DNA from: Antedon mediterranea
Taxonomy: Eukaryota; Animalia; Echinodermata
Length of the DNA stretch: 64,000 nt
Direction of reading: 5' to 3'
Assembly: GCF_964355755.1 (NCBI RefSeq)
Contig: NC_092679.1
Coordinates: 3,564,201-3,628,200 of the forward strand
Shown: one piece after another, positions 25,601-34,800 of the stretch
Layout: each line of letters starts with the position of its first letter
How positions within the stretch are numbered: position 1 is the first letter of the stretch
Notes under the pieces: model-generated
What the model was told of the DNA's origin: nothing
Databases searched by the model: none
What the model saw: only the letters and a program-made list of their open reading frames with translations
Made by a program: the position numbers and the translations under genes

Positions 25601-28575
25601 AGTCCTGAAGATGTCCCCTAGGATTTGCAATATTTAGTTTCTGCAGATACAAGTCATGTATTTTTTTACAGAGGTGAACCCACTTGACTACGTATACCGT
25701 ACACTTGATTGCCAATTGCAACTGTTGAACGAAGAATCCGGAGAAGCACAACGTATTCTAAGATATATACACAATACGCGTAAGTTTTTTTAATCTACTA
25801 AAGCTCTGTTTACACTATCAAACTAGTTTTACAAAAAAAGTGTGATGTGCCAAAATATAGCAGTGATATGATGTCGCCATATATGGGCACATCATATTTT
25901 TTCGTCACATAAAGTTTGATAGTGTAGATAGAGAGCTTAAAATCAATTGCTCAGGTATAATACTCCAACTCCTTATTTAATTCTCTCAATGCCAAACTGT
26001 TCCACATTATCAAATGTGCTGTATCAGCCATTGTCACAAGAAAAAAAAAGTTACTAAAATTCACACTATTTTATATCTACTTTTTAACAGAGGCACATGG
26101 GAACGTATCCATAGAGGGCATATTCCGCTTAAATCGTAGCGGTGAGGAAGAACGTTTATACAACAAAGGCGTTAGTAATCATATGTTACTATGGCACGGA
26201 ACGCAGTCGGCAAATCTTATCAGTATTTTAAAAAAAGGGCTTTTAGTTGCCCCTCCTGAGGCACCATCTACAGGTTATATGTTTGGAAAGGTTTGTATCA
26301 ATATTTATAAGTTTATAGTAATAAATTAAATGCAGCAGTTTCAACAAGAAGATTCTTTGACATTTTTTGGGTACTAAGTCCAGAATGCTTGTAATTATGT
26401 TATGTAGTTCAGCTGTAGCCTATCCTTGGTCCAAGGACCAAAGTTCAATCCTAGACCTAGTGCCAGGTATGACTGTTTCTACTCCACTCCCTAAAGCCTG
26501 TTTTCCTGTCGACGTTTTTCAACACTATCGTCGTTGATCGTTAACAGTTCAACGACGATCGTTTGAAAACGATCAAGTTGAAATGATAACGATAGCGAGT
26601 ACCTTTTCCTGTAAATTGTTAACATTTCAATGTTTACGTAGAGGATCGCCAATTTTTGTTAACGATAGCGTTGAATAACGTCGACAGGAAAACAGGCTTA
26701 AAGGGTCTTTCACACCTGTTCTGGAACTGTGCCGGTTTATAACCATGAAATAGTTAATTCATCCCCTGTAATTTGTTACAGTTACATGCTGTTGGGTGCG
26801 TATGAACTAATTATAATCTTTTACATTTTCAGGGGATCTACTTTGCAGACACATTTACAAAGAGTTCTGGTTATTGTCACTCCCGTGGTGAGGAGGACAG
26901 CAAATGGATGCTTCTCTGCGAGGTTAGCTTCTAAATTCATTTTACTAAATACAGATTTGTTGTAAAATTCTTCTGCGATATTCTTTAGTGTTTACTTCCA
27001 TCCATACTTGTCGGTAGTCTTGTAGATTTGAGAGCTTGTTGAATGAATAAAGAGATTATTATTAATTATATGATTCAACTGGGGCCACAAATAAAGATAA
27101 GTCTGATCTACAACGTGTTGTTATGTATGCATCACGTCTTATTGGAATAGAACGGAGCACTATTGAATTCATTTTCAGGAAGAGAGAAAACACATAGTAT
27201 ATTGCTAGATTCAGGCCATCCCATGCATAATGTATTTGAGATGTTACGTAGCGATAGACGTTACCGGTCCATCACTTCTCATACTAATAGGTTACGCAAC
27301 AGCTTCTATCCAGCTGCCATTCGGGCACTGAATGCTAGTTGGGAAACCGTACGAGATTGATGTGACATTATAGCATTTAATTGGGTTTTTGTTTGTTATT
27401 TATATCTGTATTTTGTTTCTCAGAGCAAACACAATGTCTATGTATATATGTTGTTTTACTGTATATGCAAATGACCATAAAAGGAAATGATGATTTCCAC
27501 TAATGAATATGAATAATAAATGAATTAACTGAGTCATTACACTAATTAAAGTCCTACTGCCATACTCTGTTAAATTTATAATCAAGTACAACATGTTTTT
27601 AATAATAAATGTTAATAAAGGTTTTTTTCCAGAAATTGTTATAATAGTAATCGGTGTTTTCATAATATAGTAATTGTGTTTATTTTATTTACTTAATTGT
27701 TTTTATCTTTGTTATAGGTTGCCTTAGGGAAGTCCTGTACTATCTCTAACTATTACGAGTTTGATGAAACTAAACACACGAAAAATAATGACAGTGTTTG
27801 TGGTAAAGGAAGGTCATATCCAAATCCCATGGAGACAATTCATCTTCCCCAAGGTAATTTTATTAATATGTAGGCCCTGCAAGGGGTATCTTATCGCAAT
27901 TCATTTTGCCAATCAAGGAGGGAGATTCATTTTGTTGTTTTATTTACTATTACACAATACATTAATTAATTAATTCCTATACAATCACAGAAACTCTGCT
28001 GAGCAAGATTTATGGAAAATAGATTGTGAATGACTTGCATACCATAGTTTTTAATGGGGATGTTTATTTGAGGGAGGCGTTTATGCTGGGGAAGCGTGTA
28101 ACATGGGTGTAACACCCGGTGTAACATGTATAATCAAATAAATATGCCATAGATTTGAAAAAATACAACACAATATTAAGTGATAACATACATTAACATT
28201 TGTATCAAAATGCTTGGTGAATTGTAGATCATGTCAATCAATGAATGCTACACTACAAATAAAATTGTTTTGTAATAACATTTATTGTGTGGTTATTTGA
28301 GGAAATAAATAAAGGTCCTGGGGTGGGGGGAATTTATTCAAAATGATGTTTTATATGGGGGGGGGGGCATTTATTCGAATAAATACGGGGGGCATTTATT
28401 CGAATAAATACTGTATGTTATTTGCTTTATTCTTTTTCACTTCACAGGCGCCAAGATTCCTTTGGGTGAAATGCATGATGAAAGCAATTATTATAATCTG
28501 AATCACAACGAGTTTATTGTTTACGACAGTTCACAGGTGTGTCTCCGCTACCTGGTTCAATTCAAAGATGCATAG
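1619..28575 (+). CDS. Ankyrin-repeat/WGR/PARP_reg/PARP catalytic poly(ADP-ribose) polymerase (PME-5-type, often auto-annotated tankyrase-like); 45 coding exons, about 2430 aa
   Basis: Hand-spliced GT-AG exons with consistent phases: 1619-1654, 2030-2210, 2612-2881, 3382-3609, 3760-3955, 4400-4696, 5156-5240, 6288-6407, 6790-6909, 7215-7295, 7855-8018, 8357-8466, 9066-9151, 9406-9562, 10465-10673, 11106-11330, 11857-11898, 12481-12774, 13117-13290, 13851-13980, 14443-14624, 14993-15075, 15413-15525, 15695-15926, 16296-16455, 16651-16727, 16938-17202, 17632-17790, 18055-18172, 18404-18521, 18925-19189, 19319-19466, 21343-21600, 22319-22578, 22786-22967, 23232-23337, 23659-23828, 23978-24125, 24503-24706, 24881-25058, 25672-25779, 26091-26290, 26833-26922, 27718-27853, 28448-28575 (7293 nt, ends TAG). 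Many TPLH/TPLM ankyrin motifs plus PARP signatures [19 protein letters not shown] and HNEFIVY. Confidence 0.93.
4022..4340. mobile_element. Kolobok-like MITE (other copies 58607-58930 and partial ~6930-7040)
   Basis: TTAA|AGATGTATTGTC ... GACAATATATCT|TTAA, with shared internal sequence among copies. Confidence 0.7.
4400..22578 (+). CDS. Ankyrin-repeat region of the PARP gene (exons 6-34)
   Basis: Repeated ankyrin consensus: ATPLHFAA, GTTPLMIAA, GKTPLHFAAQNGH, GNTLVHYAAAYG, GRTPLIIAI, RTPLHLAV, GQTPLHLAAYRG, GKTPLDYA. Confidence 0.92.
6500..6702 (-). mobile_element. Second tRNA-derived SINE family (related fragments at ~8177-8270 minus and ~26410-26494 plus)
   Basis: Minus strand tagcttggtggttaa (A box) and ggttcaatcc (B box) followed by caactccactccc shared among copies. 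Confidence 0.6.
8702..8863. repeat. Long imperfect palindrome inside a ~320-bp interspersed repeat (8690-9012)
   Basis: Arms of about 78 nt around CGAGGC-AAA-GCCGAG; the flank 8925-9010 recurs inverted at ~18188-18275. Confidence 0.85.
9907..10210 (+). mobile_element. tRNA-derived SINE with Deu/Nin-like central domain
   Basis: A box TGGCCGAGCGG, B box GGTTCGAGGC, central ttaaagaacc...gagtagggggttaccccggtgt resembling the Deu domain, 3' stem-loop and (TTCAA)n tail. Confidence 0.8.
10725..11012 (-). mobile_element. Same SINE family, inverted and more diverged copy
   Basis: Reverse complement of 9907-10190 along its length. Confidence 0.8.
12130..12418 (-). mobile_element. Same SINE family, inverted copy
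   Basis: Near-identical reverse complement of 9907-10180; explains the spurious N-terminus of ORF 12271-12789 and ORF 9949-10197. Confidence 0.82.
12879..13000. mobile_element. PIF/Harbinger-type MITE, representative of about 20 copies in the window
   Basis: TIR AGCTCTGTCTACACTATCAAACT, TTA duplication here. Other copies near 2226-2386, 7655-7821, 8524-8673, 14651-14790, 17315-17490, 22975-23060 (partial), 24255-24376, 25802-25936, 30169-30290, 31012-31153, 35985-36142, 36474-36596, 42013-42148, 47182-47358, 48391-48548, 49575-49729, 56900-57035, 59908-60050, 60540-60657, 61590-61741. Confidence 0.88.
13370..13602 (+). mobile_element. 3' end fragment of an L2-clade LINE
   Basis: SKTYGLSTFTSAASRLWNELPTSIR...FKSALKTHLF C-terminus, then gcgc stem-loop and (ATT)n tail. 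Confidence 0.75.
15098..15385. repeat. Degenerate ~21-bp tandem repeat (tatgccctttgacc...) with an internal ~134-bp higher-order duplication
   Basis: ggtcagcagaaactgactgatctgtgacaatt occurs at ~15169 and ~15303 within cctttgacc arrays. Confidence 0.75.
19529..19568 (+). ncRNA. Minimal type-I hammerhead ribozyme motif (Penelope-like-element type)
   Basis: ctc-CTGAGGA-c-GATCAA-agcata-TTGATC-GAAA-CG-TC-gag: conserved core, 6-bp stem II, palindromic ACGT stem III, 3-bp stem I. Confidence 0.72.
19705..21332 (+). mobile_element. 5'-truncated non-LTR retrotransposon (CR1/L2/Jockey-group LINE) with RT domain, in PARP intron 32
   Basis: Open frame GKVPADWKVAHVVPIHK...NYRPISLTS, QHGF, FLDWSKAFDKV, GVPQGSVLGPILF, YADD, YKYLGV; 3' UTR ends in AATAAA plus (GAATAT)n tail; no endonuclease domain; candidate ATGAATT target duplication. 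Confidence 0.93.
21965..22175 (-). mobile_element. 3' end fragment of an L2-clade LINE
   Basis: TKSYGQRSFMFSAASLWNSLP...FKKNLKRIF followed by a ggcgctatacaaat 3' end. Confidence 0.7.
23232..24125 (+). CDS. WGR domain of the PARP gene (exons 36-38)
   Basis: YNAVMTKV...NNFYKLQVI...YALFTRWGMIGQSGQ...EEAVKEFLKVFRSKTGNSW...FEKQPKKY follows the PARP1-type WGR domain pattern. Confidence 0.88.
24503..28575 (+). CDS. PARP regulatory (helical) and catalytic ADP-ribosyltransferase domains (exons 39-45)
   Basis: LSNEYYELIPH (regulatory domain), NPLDYVY, NHMLLWHGT (His), [20 protein letters not shown] (Tyr), MLLCEVALG, LNHNEFIVY (Glu). Confidence 0.95.
25168..25596. repeat. Minisatellite, 68-bp unit, about 6 near-perfect copies (PARP intron 40)
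   Basis: GGGGAAATACATG recurs at 25205, 25273, 25341, 25409, 25477, 25545. Confidence 0.95.
26495..26698. mobile_element. Second Harbinger-type MITE
   Basis: TIR AGCCTGTTTTCCTGTCGACGTT (about 35 bp imperfect) with TAA on both sides. Confidence 0.8.
27080..27420 (+). mobile_element. 3' fragment of a Rex1/Babar-like LINE
   Basis: ILLDSGHPMHNVFEMLRSDRRYRSITSHTNRLRNSFYPAAIRALN matches the typical Rex-Babar ORF2 C-terminal motif. Confidence 0.65.
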
Positions 28576-31500
28576 AGGGCGCTTGACAATCCTTTTGAAT
28601 AAGTGTACTAATTGTGTACATGAATATGTCATAATTTTGTGTTTTCAGTAATGGAAAGTAGTACCTTGTGAATGCACCTTTTGTTTTTATGATAAAGTGA
28701 GGGCCATAACAAGATATTAAGTTAGTTTTCACACAAGGTGCAGAGTGATGGAAGTGTGCAAAGACAGGGTGTGTAGGGGAACAGGGATTCAGTATAAAAT
28801 TAACCTCAGTGAGTGTAGGTAATTTAGCTGAGATGGTTGAACCCTAAATCCCTTGTTGAATCAAGTATCAATGTTTATATGATTCGAACCCGAATTTTAA
28901 AAAAAATACAGTTGTAACAAAAATTTAGGGAGGGGAAATATCGGCATTTATAAGCTTTTCACACATTTTTTAAAATCCAAGTGAAAATACAATAATTTCA
29001 ACATTTTAGCCAAAAAATGGTGCATATGTAATTTATTTTAAAACTTGTAAATTTAATAATACAGTTTTATAAATTTACCATTGATAATAAACCTTTTTAA
29101 GAATAAATTTATTTTAAAACTGTTTGCCCTTATTTTTGATTGGGCATACAATGTTGTATAAATTTAATGAATGAATTTGTTAATTGATTAAAAATCAATT
29201 ATTAATATAAAAATAAAATTGATAAATGATTTAAATTGAATAATATAAAAATAGACCAAATACAGTATTTTAAGATAAAAATATGACTGAGTTATGTAAT
29301 AATAGTTTGTACAAATTCTTAATCCTTGTCTTATCAACATTTTTATCGTAATTATTGAAGCTAATATTTTAGCATGCATATAAGTCGTGTCACTCTTAAA
29401 GAAATTTCATTTCCATTCAAGTTTATTTTCTAATTTTACATCCATTCAAAATTGGAATATTCAAAATTAATTTAAAAAATGGTTTTTACTGTAAAAGGCA
29501 TTTTCATTTTATTGCGATTGCTGCATAAAAGTTTTTTGCTAACAATAATATTAGTGTGTGATTAAAATGATGTATTAGAGTGCCATTGCATAAAGTGTAT
29601 GCTGAATTAACCCAATAAAATAATTTTTAATTGTGAATACAATGTATCAAATTTTAGCCACTTTTCAACATTTAAAGTGACATTTTAACATAGCGATTAA
29701 ACGAACACTTACCTTTGATCTCTATTTTATGAGTTGAACGGACGATGGCGAGTGCAGGATTTCATTTTGACCGATCACTGAAATAAAATAGTGGCAATAA
29801 TGGCTATCAGTTAATTTTGCTTAGTGGTTTTTCACAATATGCTCTATAGAATAGTGCATGGCAATAGTATTCTAAGATGCATTAATAGTACTAATGAACC
29901 ATCAGTGAATGGTATATTTTATTGTTTGATAGTAATTCATAATTTTTTTTAATAGTGTTTAGTTTTAAATGATGTAGATTTTAACTTGCATGTATATTTA
30001 TATTTTAGATCGAGCACTGTATATTTTTTAACAATTGTTTTGTGCTATTTTGCAATTGCTGAAGACGCAATGTATTGGGGGTTCATTTCTTTATCACATT
30101 CAAAACATTTGTAATTAAAAATCTCGCATGCATCTTAATTAATGATCCATGGACCAGGTGATGACTAAAGCTCTGTCCACACTATAAACTTTATGTGATA
30201 CAACAATGTAATAAGCCCATATATGGACATGATAATGTCATATCACTACCATTTAGGCATACATTTGTTTTGATGGTGTAAACAGAACATATTTGCATAG
30301 GGTCATAGGTCATCGCAAACCAACACCACCTTATTTTCAATTTCTCTCTTTCTGTAAAATGCATTTATATAAATATTTTTTTCGGATTCTGTAGATTATT
30401 TCTCTCAATGCTAACAATTCATTAGTTTTTGCTTGATTTATGATGTCAAAATACCTTTTTTAACTAAATTGTAAAAAGTGCACTTCAACCACGATAAAAG
30501 TAGAACAAAACTGTTTTCAAGGCTAGTTTTGTAAATTATAGCAGATAAATAATCAAACTAAGTTATGATTAATATGCTTGGTCAATATGACATTAGTTAT
30601 GTAAATTAAAAAATATTTTGAATTGAAGTCTAGTAGTATTCACATTAATACAAAAGTAAGCCTATGTAATTCATATCATAAAATGATAACATGTATTTAT
30701 AATAATATATAACTAGTATCATAATATACCTAATGATGAAATTTAATAGATTCAGAGAGTTTGAAAATAATTGTAAATATTAATGCAGAATGTAAGACAT
30801 TTTAATTGAATACAATTTTGTAGATTAGCTGATTATTGTGTTTAGTTAACTAGATGCTTATAACCTGTTCACATGGCCTAGCAAAACTGCGGGGTGTACA
30901 CACACAATACTAAGCAAAATGTGCTGTAAACGCTGGCGTTTTACAAGGTCGTGTGAACAGGAAATAGCACACTGTATGTTTATGTACGATTTTCATAGAT
31001 TACCAATGTTGAGCTTTGTCTACACTATCAAAGTGTATCTGCCCATATAAGTACATGATGATGTCATATCACTACCATATGTGGGCATACCACTGCCATA
31101 TTTGGGCACATCACATTTTAAAAAAAAACTAGTTTGATAGTGTAGACAGAGCTTAAAAGAGGCAAATGGAAACAACACTATTGTTGGCTTTTTCCAAGTT
31201 TATGTAAAATAATTTCACCGTCTGATCAACCAAGTTATACAATGATGTATTAATAGCAAGTGTTATCGTAGAATAATCATTTCTTACAAAGAATGTAGAA
31301 ATAATGTGTTTTAATCTATTGTTTTTGGTATTAGATTTAATTTGCATAATTCCATGTGTTAAGATATAGCGGTGTGTTGTATTTAGGCATAGCATTTCAT
31401 TGTTCATGATTTTGCTATTTAGTAGATTCTGGTGAAAAATACATAAAAGTGCTTTGGAAGAAATATATCTTAATTGAATTATCTTTTATTTTGAATGAAT

Positions 31501-32165
31501 TCGAATTTGGTGTTTTCGCGGAAGCAGTTACCACAACAATTGGTTTGTAAGCATGCGTAGATATCATTATGCTCTTTCTTCTTGAAGAAAAGTTGTAATA
31601 ATTAATCAGAAAATTTCTGATTTTGATTAAAACTAGTTTATCCATGCTGCGTTTCTTTTGTTTAAAATATGTACAGATTTATCTTTTTTATACCTCCATG
31701 ATTTAACTAAACCAACTTTATGCAAAATCTGATAATACAAACAAGATTGCACAAGTAATTTTCAGAACCTTTAATAAATTTACACTCAATAGGCCTAAAA
31801 TATAGACATACTCATAATTTACCAACTTATCTATATGTACTTGAAATCATTGTTTGGCTTTTTTTGAAATTATATTAATACATATTTGACCAGATTATTA
31901 TCTGTCTAAGTTATAATTTTCATACCTAATTCGGAGTACTAAAACACAATTTTAAGATAATATTATCAATAATTATTTCGGTCCTAATTACAAGATACCC
32001 TTATTTAATTGTATTGGCCCCAATTCGCTAATTAAATACAGTAATTAATCAAATTTAAAGAATTTATAGATTTAAATCAACTCTAGAAAGGTCAGGTCAG
32101 TTATTAAAATTAGTTATATTGTCGAATGACAGATACATGCTATTATGTAATAATTATCATTCCTT

Positions 32166-33725
32166 CTATTTTGAGTAACATCTGTATGGAGATCCATGCA
32201 CTGTTTCCATTAATAAAGAAGGGTTGTGATTCACTGATGGTTCGACTAAATTGACGCTTGTAGAACGCCATACCGTAGATGCATTTTTAGACGTATTTTG
32301 ATTGGTTAAAAGTTGCACTGCGTTGTATGCAGATTGTACGTGGTTTCGATTGTGATTGGCTGAAAGTATCACAGCGTTTCCGTTTGATAAATTACTCGAT
32401 GTCGCCTGATTGGCTGGAGTTTGAAATGCGTTCACCAAACTACACGACACTGGCCTAGTACATTTATATTTAGCATGATTGGTTGGAAGTGTAACTCTGC
32501 ATGTTCTGACACCCACTTTTTCTGAAATTACATTAGTAGGCCTAGTCTGATAATAATGCTGGCGATGATCGCTTATAGCAGGCCTGGCTTGTTGCATATT
32601 TGAAACTAAAGCAGTTGAACTGCCACTAGAAGTACTCGTCTGTCCCGACGACGGGTCACAGTGTAACTCTAGGCGCCTTGGTGTTATTGTCAGTGCACTT
32701 GCACTTTCTAAAAATCTTGGGCGTTTACTCGATGGGTGATGGGTTTGTACCGCCTGTGATCGTTTGCAAGGGGATATATTCAAATTGAATAAATTACTTG
32801 TGGGTAGTGATTGTGACTTATTTGGTGTTGACGTCATAAATTGTTGTGAAGTTTCATTAGACGTCATGAATGTCTGTGTACATTTGTTCGTTCTCTTTGG
32901 TGACTTTACCAATTTCTTTTTGGATTTGCGGCTCTTTCTAAGAGCTAGTAGATATACCGTTGCTTTGCGGCGACGTTGAATAAGCTTCTTAATAATGTTT
33001 GCTCGTTTGTGTTTTTCCATATTAGTAATTACGCTAACCGCTTTCCGTAATAAAATTCTGTCACCTGTTTCAAAGCTAAAGGTGAATTTCTTCTTTACGT
33101 GATCAAGAATGGCATGAGCTAGGAAATTTGCAGTGGCGCGAATTCGTGGATATAGGTCGCCTGCCTCGTCTGCCAGATTCCTACAGATTGTACGACATAT
33201 ACCAACATCTTCAGTAACAGTAAGAAAATTCTGTCGAATTGGATCGTTCACTTCGTCTGGATGCATGTTTAGTAGTATCAGATTTTCATTTGGTAACCCA
33301 TGTTTGTAACAATCACTCCACATAAACGGAGGCTGAAAAGCAAAAAATACAATTAAAATTAATTCCAATCATCTTGGTATAGCCTAGGCCTATATTTTAA
33401 AAAGTTTTATAGGCCTAGGCCCTCCAAAAATTGGAGCAGATTAATATTGTTGATTGTGACTCTACTTACCGTTGTCTTATAGTATTCTTCTACCTCTCGT
33501 GCCACAAGAATCAGTGCCTGTAGCTGGTTCCTGTCGCTGTTGATTTGATTCACATTATAAACTACAAATAATAATCATAAAACAATAAGATTAGTTAGGC
33601 CTAGCTAGAGCCTAGGCTACTAGTAGTATGTACAGGTTTATTAATAACATTTATAAAGTTATGTACTCTTTTTTAATCGTATAATAATATGTCAAACAAA
33701 ACTTATCATTACCATTTTCTTCCAT
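32166..33725 (-). CDS. Uncharacterised protein, 3 coding exons, about 423 aa (helical N-terminal half, basic NLS-like cluster, S/T/N-rich C-terminal half)
   Basis: Exons 33725-33713 (ATG GAA GAA AAT G|gtaatg), 33561-33470 (tttgtag| ... |gtaagt) and 33332-32166 (ttttcag|, 1167-nt open frame to TAG) join in frame: MEENVYNVNQINSDRNQLQALILVAREVEEYYKTTPPFMWSDCYKHGLP... No family recognised. Confidence 0.72.
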
Positions 33726-33779
33726 TGCATTGTTGTATTTCAATATTGAAATTTGTATTTTTTGTCTTCGTTTCTTAAA

Positions 33780-34800
33780 TTGCATGCTTAAAAAACAGAA
33801 ATGTTCTTTATGTTCGCTAATGGTGCGCGCGCGTACGTCGCGCTCAACGTAACGCACATGAATTACGTCAACTTGTTTACGTTGTGATGTCATACTTCGT
33901 TGGAGGAGTGCGGTGATGACCTGTACAATTAATAATTATGTTGATTATATCTTTTAGGTTGATATAATATTTTCAATTAAACTTTATTTTATATCAAATT
34001 AAGGATATGTGAAGAGGATTCTCTTTGTTACGTTACTCTTTTTTTTTTATATTTTATTTTAAATTATTTATTTTATTTTGTATTTATTTTTTTGAGGTTT
34101 TTATATAATGGTCATCTCGTGAAGTGCTAGACATGATATCATTCGTTATGAATAAAAGTCCGACCGCTAGTAGTATCACTAAGTCGAAATAAATGTTGAG
34201 ATAAAATTATTAATAATAATATTATTTTACCCGTCTACACGAGGTATATGGATGTAAGATACATCGCTATATGACATTATAATAATGATAGACGTAACTA
34301 ACTAATGTTTTGCATTTTATATATTATTTACATTACATTAGGCCTATTACATGATCATGATCATACTGTAGATCCGAATATTTTAAAATCAGTTGTGCCG
34401 TCCGTGTGTGGTGGCAGACGACTCTCTGTGTGTGTACTGTGTGCGACTGACACGCCTCCTGAAAACGCCCTCTATAGATTTGGCATTACCAAAAGATGGC
34501 GATTTTTAGCGAAAAAGAGATGAGTGTTGATGATGAGATCAGTATCAATTCAGTTATGTTTTGAAATCCTTTTGTAAGGTTGAGATAAGTTTGTGTTTAA
34601 AATTGTTATCAATAAAAGTAAGTAGTTTAATTGTTATGGGTTTTCATTATGAATTTACATGTATATCTGACATAATTACGGACCTGTTTTCAGCCTTCCT
34701 TCCGGTTCTGGGCCTAGCTAGCCTCGCAGTAGGTGAGGCAGCAGCAGACAGTTGGTAGATTATCGTCTGCCGTGTTTATATCGTCATCCCTTCTGGTGGC
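33780..34800. promoter_or_regulatory. CpG-enriched divergent promoter region between the unknown gene and aftiphilin; possible aftiphilin 5' UTR exon 34693-34731
   Basis: Local CpG clusters (gcgcgcgcgtacgtcgcgc at ~33824), TTACGTCA and TGATGTCA CRE-like sites; ttttcag|...|gtgagg bounded segment; aftiphilin ATG exon starts at an acceptor (39291). Confidence 0.4.

Noticed and set aside
1619-28575. Calling the gene tankyrase (TNKS)
   Set aside because: No SAM domain seen; WGR and regulatory domains and a PARP1-like catalytic loop are present.
31153-31645. Minus-strand ORFs of 84 and 76 aa downstream of the unknown gene
   Set aside because: AT-rich, no motif and no convincing splice sites joining them to the gene.
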